A stretch of DNA of 63,292 nucleotides, filler included. It is 4 parts of 4 records of this genome, joined end to end, with 100 filler letters (N's around TTAATTAATTAA, not from the genome) between each part and the next. Parts side by side here need not be neighbours in the genome. Positions count along the whole stretch, not along the records: positions 57,639 to 63,292 come from DRR723986_8536; 3 more parts are not named here. One strand, 5' to 3'. Below the pieces are notes generated by a model. That model was not told where the DNA came from. It saw nothing but the letters and a program-made list of their open reading frames with translations, and did no database searches. This document shows positions 61,010 to 63,292 of this stretch, in pieces (within the stretch, counting starts at the first letter, position 1; every line of letters begins with the position of its first letter). Position numbers and translations under genes: made by a program.

Positions 61010-61834
61010 TCACCCTTCCGCGCCAAAGGCCGCCCTTTCGTCCCGCTCCTTTTGCGCCTGTTGCCGCTTGGTCGCAATGGAGGCGGCAATCACGCCCATG
61101 GTGACCAGAGCAACGAGAATGGTACAGACCGCATTGATCTCCGGCGTCACGCCAAGACGCACCTGTGAGTAGATCTTCATTGGCAGCGTGGTGGCGCCTG
61201 GTCCCGTGGTGAAGCTGGCGATCACCAGATCGTCCAGAGACAAGGTGAAGGCCAGCATCCAGCCGGCAATGACCCCTGGCAGGATGATCGGCAAGGTAAT
61301 CAGGAAGAAGGTTTTCACCGGCGGGCAGCCGAGGTCTTCTGCGGCTTCCTCGATCGACTTGTCGAAGCCGACCAGACGCGACTGGACGACAACGGCCACA
61401 TAACAGCTGGCAAAGGTGGTATGCGCCAGCATCACGGTCCAGAAACCACGCGTATAGTCCATGGCCACGAACAGCAGCAGCAGCGACAGGCCGAGGATCA
61501 CTTCCGGCATCACAAGCGGCGCGAAGATCATGCCGGAAAACAGAGACCGGCCGACGAAGCGTCCGGACCGCACCAGCACAAGTGCAGCAATGGTGCCGAT
61601 GATCGTTGCCAGTGTGGCCGACGCAAAGGCAACCCGCAGGGTCACCCAGGCCGCATCGAGCAACTGATCATTCTGCAGCAGCGACGCGTACCACTTGGTG
61701 GAGAAGCCGCCCCAGACCGTCACCAGACGGCTCTCGTTGAAGGAGTAGATCACCAGCAGCACGATGGGCAGGTAAAGGAACGAAAAGCCTACCACCAGCG
61801 AGGTGATGTTGAACCAGGTCGGGCCGCGCGTCAT
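61010..61834 (-). CDS. potI: Polyamine ABC transporter permease (PotI/PotC-like)
   Basis: FLYLPI..YSFN, EEAAEDLG EAA loop, SLDDLVIASF and TLPMKIYSQVRLGVTPEINA. Confidence 0.88.
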   Translation of the reverse strand: MTRGPTWFNITSLVVGFSFLYLPIVLLVIYSFNESRLVTVWGGFSTKWYASLLQNDQLLDAAWVTLRVAFASATLATIIGTIAALVLVRSGRFVGRSLFSGMIFAPLVMPEVILGLSLLLLFVAMDYTRGFWTVMLAHTTFASCYVAVVVQSRLVGFDKSIEEAAEDLGCPPVKTFFLITLPIILPGVIAGWMLAFTLSLDDLVIASFTTGPGATTLPMKIYSQVRLGVTPEINAVCTILVALVTMGVIAASIATKRQQAQKERDERAAFGAEG

Positions 61835-62760
61835 CCGTCTCTCTCCGACATTTTCTGCTGCTGGTTCTGGAAGAGCACGATCGGAACCACCAGGATCATC
61901 AGAAGGATCACGGCAACCGCAGAAGACACCGGCCAGTCGCGGTTGTTGAAGAACTCGACCCAGAGCGTCTTGCCGATCATCAGGGTGTTGGACCCGCCAA
62001 GAAGATCCGGGATGACGAATTCACCGACGGCGGGAATAAACACCAGGAAACACCCCGCGATGACACCGGGCAGGGACAACGGCACGGTGATTTTCCAGAA
62101 GGCCTTCCAGGGTGGGCATCCAAGGTCTTCGGCGGCTTCCAAAAGGCTGCCGTCCAGCCGCTCCAGGCTGGCATAAAGCGGCAGAACCAGGAACGGCAGG
62201 TAGGAATAGACGATGCCGATAAAGACCGCGATGTTGGTATTCATGATCACCAGCGGTTCGTCGATGATGCCGAGCATCAGGAGCAGCTGGTTGAGCAGGC
62301 CTTCGTTTTTCAGGATGCCGATCCAGGCGTAGACGCGGATCAGGAAGCTGGTCCAGAACGGCAGGATCACCAGCATCAGCAGCGTCGGACGCAAGGATTG
62401 CGGACTGCGTGCCATGCCATAGGCAATCGGGTAGCCAATGATGAGCGTCAGAAGCGTTGAAATAGCCGCGATGACAACCGACGACAGATAGGATTTCCAG
62501 TAGAGATCGTCTTCCGTCAGCCAGACATAATTCTCGAAGGAGAATTCCGAGACGCTTTCCCAGATACCGTTCCAGCCTTCTGCCAGATCGAAGGTCGGCA
62601 CATAGGGCGGAATGGCGACGGCCACCTGCGAAAGGGAAATCTTGAAGACGATCAGGAACGGCGCCAGAAAAAAGATCAGCAGCCAGATGTATGGCACCGA
62701 AATCAGCAGCCAGCCGCCGAGCGTCCGTTTGGGTTGAGCGGGAACGTGTACGTCGGACAT
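61831..62760 (-). CDS. potH: Polyamine ABC transporter permease (PotH/PotB-like)
   Basis: PFWTSFLIRVYAW, LEAAEDLG, FIPAVGEFVIPDLLGG and NRDWP motifs. Confidence 0.88.
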   Translation of the reverse strand: MSDVHVPAQPKRTLGGWLLISVPYIWLLIFFLAPFLIVFKISLSQVAVAIPPYVPTFDLAEGWNGIWESVSEFSFENYVWLTEDDLYWKSYLSSVVIAAISTLLTLIIGYPIAYGMARSPQSLRPTLLMLVILPFWTSFLIRVYAWIGILKNEGLLNQLLLMLGIIDEPLVIMNTNIAVFIGIVYSYLPFLVLPLYASLERLDGSLLEAAEDLGCPPWKAFWKITVPLSLPGVIAGCFLVFIPAVGEFVIPDLLGGSNTLMIGKTLWVEFFNNRDWPVSSAVAVILLMILVVPIVLFQNQQQKMSERDG

Positions 62761-62769
62761 CGTTTCCTC

Positions 62770-63292
62770 CTACCCTTTTAGAATGACGCCGGCGTCCCGG
62801 TCGAAGGACATGACGACCTCGTCATCCCAGGTGATCGGGTTTTCGACCATGCGCGAGACATTGGCGAAGGTCGCGCGCAACGTATCGCCGTCGTCGTCGC
62901 CGACTTTCGAATGGATGATCGACATGTCCCCCAGGTAGGCGATGTCCCAGACAACGCCGTCGATCCTGTTGGGGACGCCCTTTTCGCGGCGCCCCTGGGC
63001 AATGCGGACCTTTTCCGGACGAATGGCATACCAGACCCGATCGCCGACGGCGGCATCGGTCACCTGATCACTTTCGATGGAGAAGTTGTCCGCGACCGAA
63101 CGCAGCTTCGTACCGGCGTCCGATTTCTCGACGACGTTGGCTTCGATCAGGTTGATGTCGCCGATGAAGTCGGCAACGAACTTGGAATTGGGCGCTTCGT
63201 AGATTTCGGCCGGGGTCGCAACCTGCACAAGTTCGCCCTTGTCCATGACGGCAATACGATCAGCCACTGTCATGGCTTCTTCCTGGTCGTGG
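62770..63292 (-). CDS. Polyamine ABC transporter ATP-binding protein (PotG/PotA-like), 5' truncated by the window
   Basis: HDQEEAMTVADRIAVM switch region, IYE.P..FVADFIG and C-terminal TOBE domain (IRPEK, YLG). Confidence 0.9.
   Translation of the reverse strand, partial: HDQEEAMTVADRIAVMDKGELVQVATPAEIYEAPNSKFVADFIGDINLIEANVVEKSDAGTKLRSVADNFSIESDQVTDAAVGDRVWYAIRPEKVRIAQGRREKGVPNRIDGVVWDIAYLGDMSIIHSKVGDDDGDTLRATFANVSRMVENPITWDDEVVMSFDRDAGVILKG

Noticed and set aside
1-63292. tRNA, rRNA, CRISPR arrays, reverse transcriptases, phage or defence genes
   Set aside because: None recognised by eye; tRNAscan, Infernal and DefenseFinder runs would be needed to exclude them formally.

Overview
The window is not one locus. 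It is four unrelated contigs joined by artificial 100-bp spacers (44 N + TTAATTAATTAA + 44 N) at 31657-31756, 46899-46998 and 57539-57638. Contig 1 (1-31656) looks planctomycete: a small bL37-like ribosomal protein missed by the ORF track, fabZ-like, kdsA, recO, bamD-like, lptE, a BatA/vWA/DUF4175-like trio, nadC, DsbD-like and esterase genes. Contig 2 (31757-46898) looks like an FCB-group organism (T9SS-type C-terminal domain) and is the most interesting part. It holds a RAYT/Y1 HUH transposase flanked by two inverted copies of a non-canonical REP-like palindrome, next to a gene with an extreme strand-specific G-depletion that fades with distance from the palindrome. It also carries tag coupled to a Cys-rich ECF sigma factor, a large T9SS-type secreted protein, and two diverged TPR-LuxR regulators. 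A degenerate ~100-bp non-coding element occurs three times: upstream of both regulators and once as an orphan. Contig 3 (46999-57538) is Rhodobacteraceae-like (icd fragment, glpD, glpR, TetR-RND efflux, nqrAB). Contig 4 (57639-63292) is alphaproteobacterial (CoA transferase, two CelD/BcsL GNATs, polyamine ABC transporter). All family and taxon calls come from motif recognition by eye; no searches were run.
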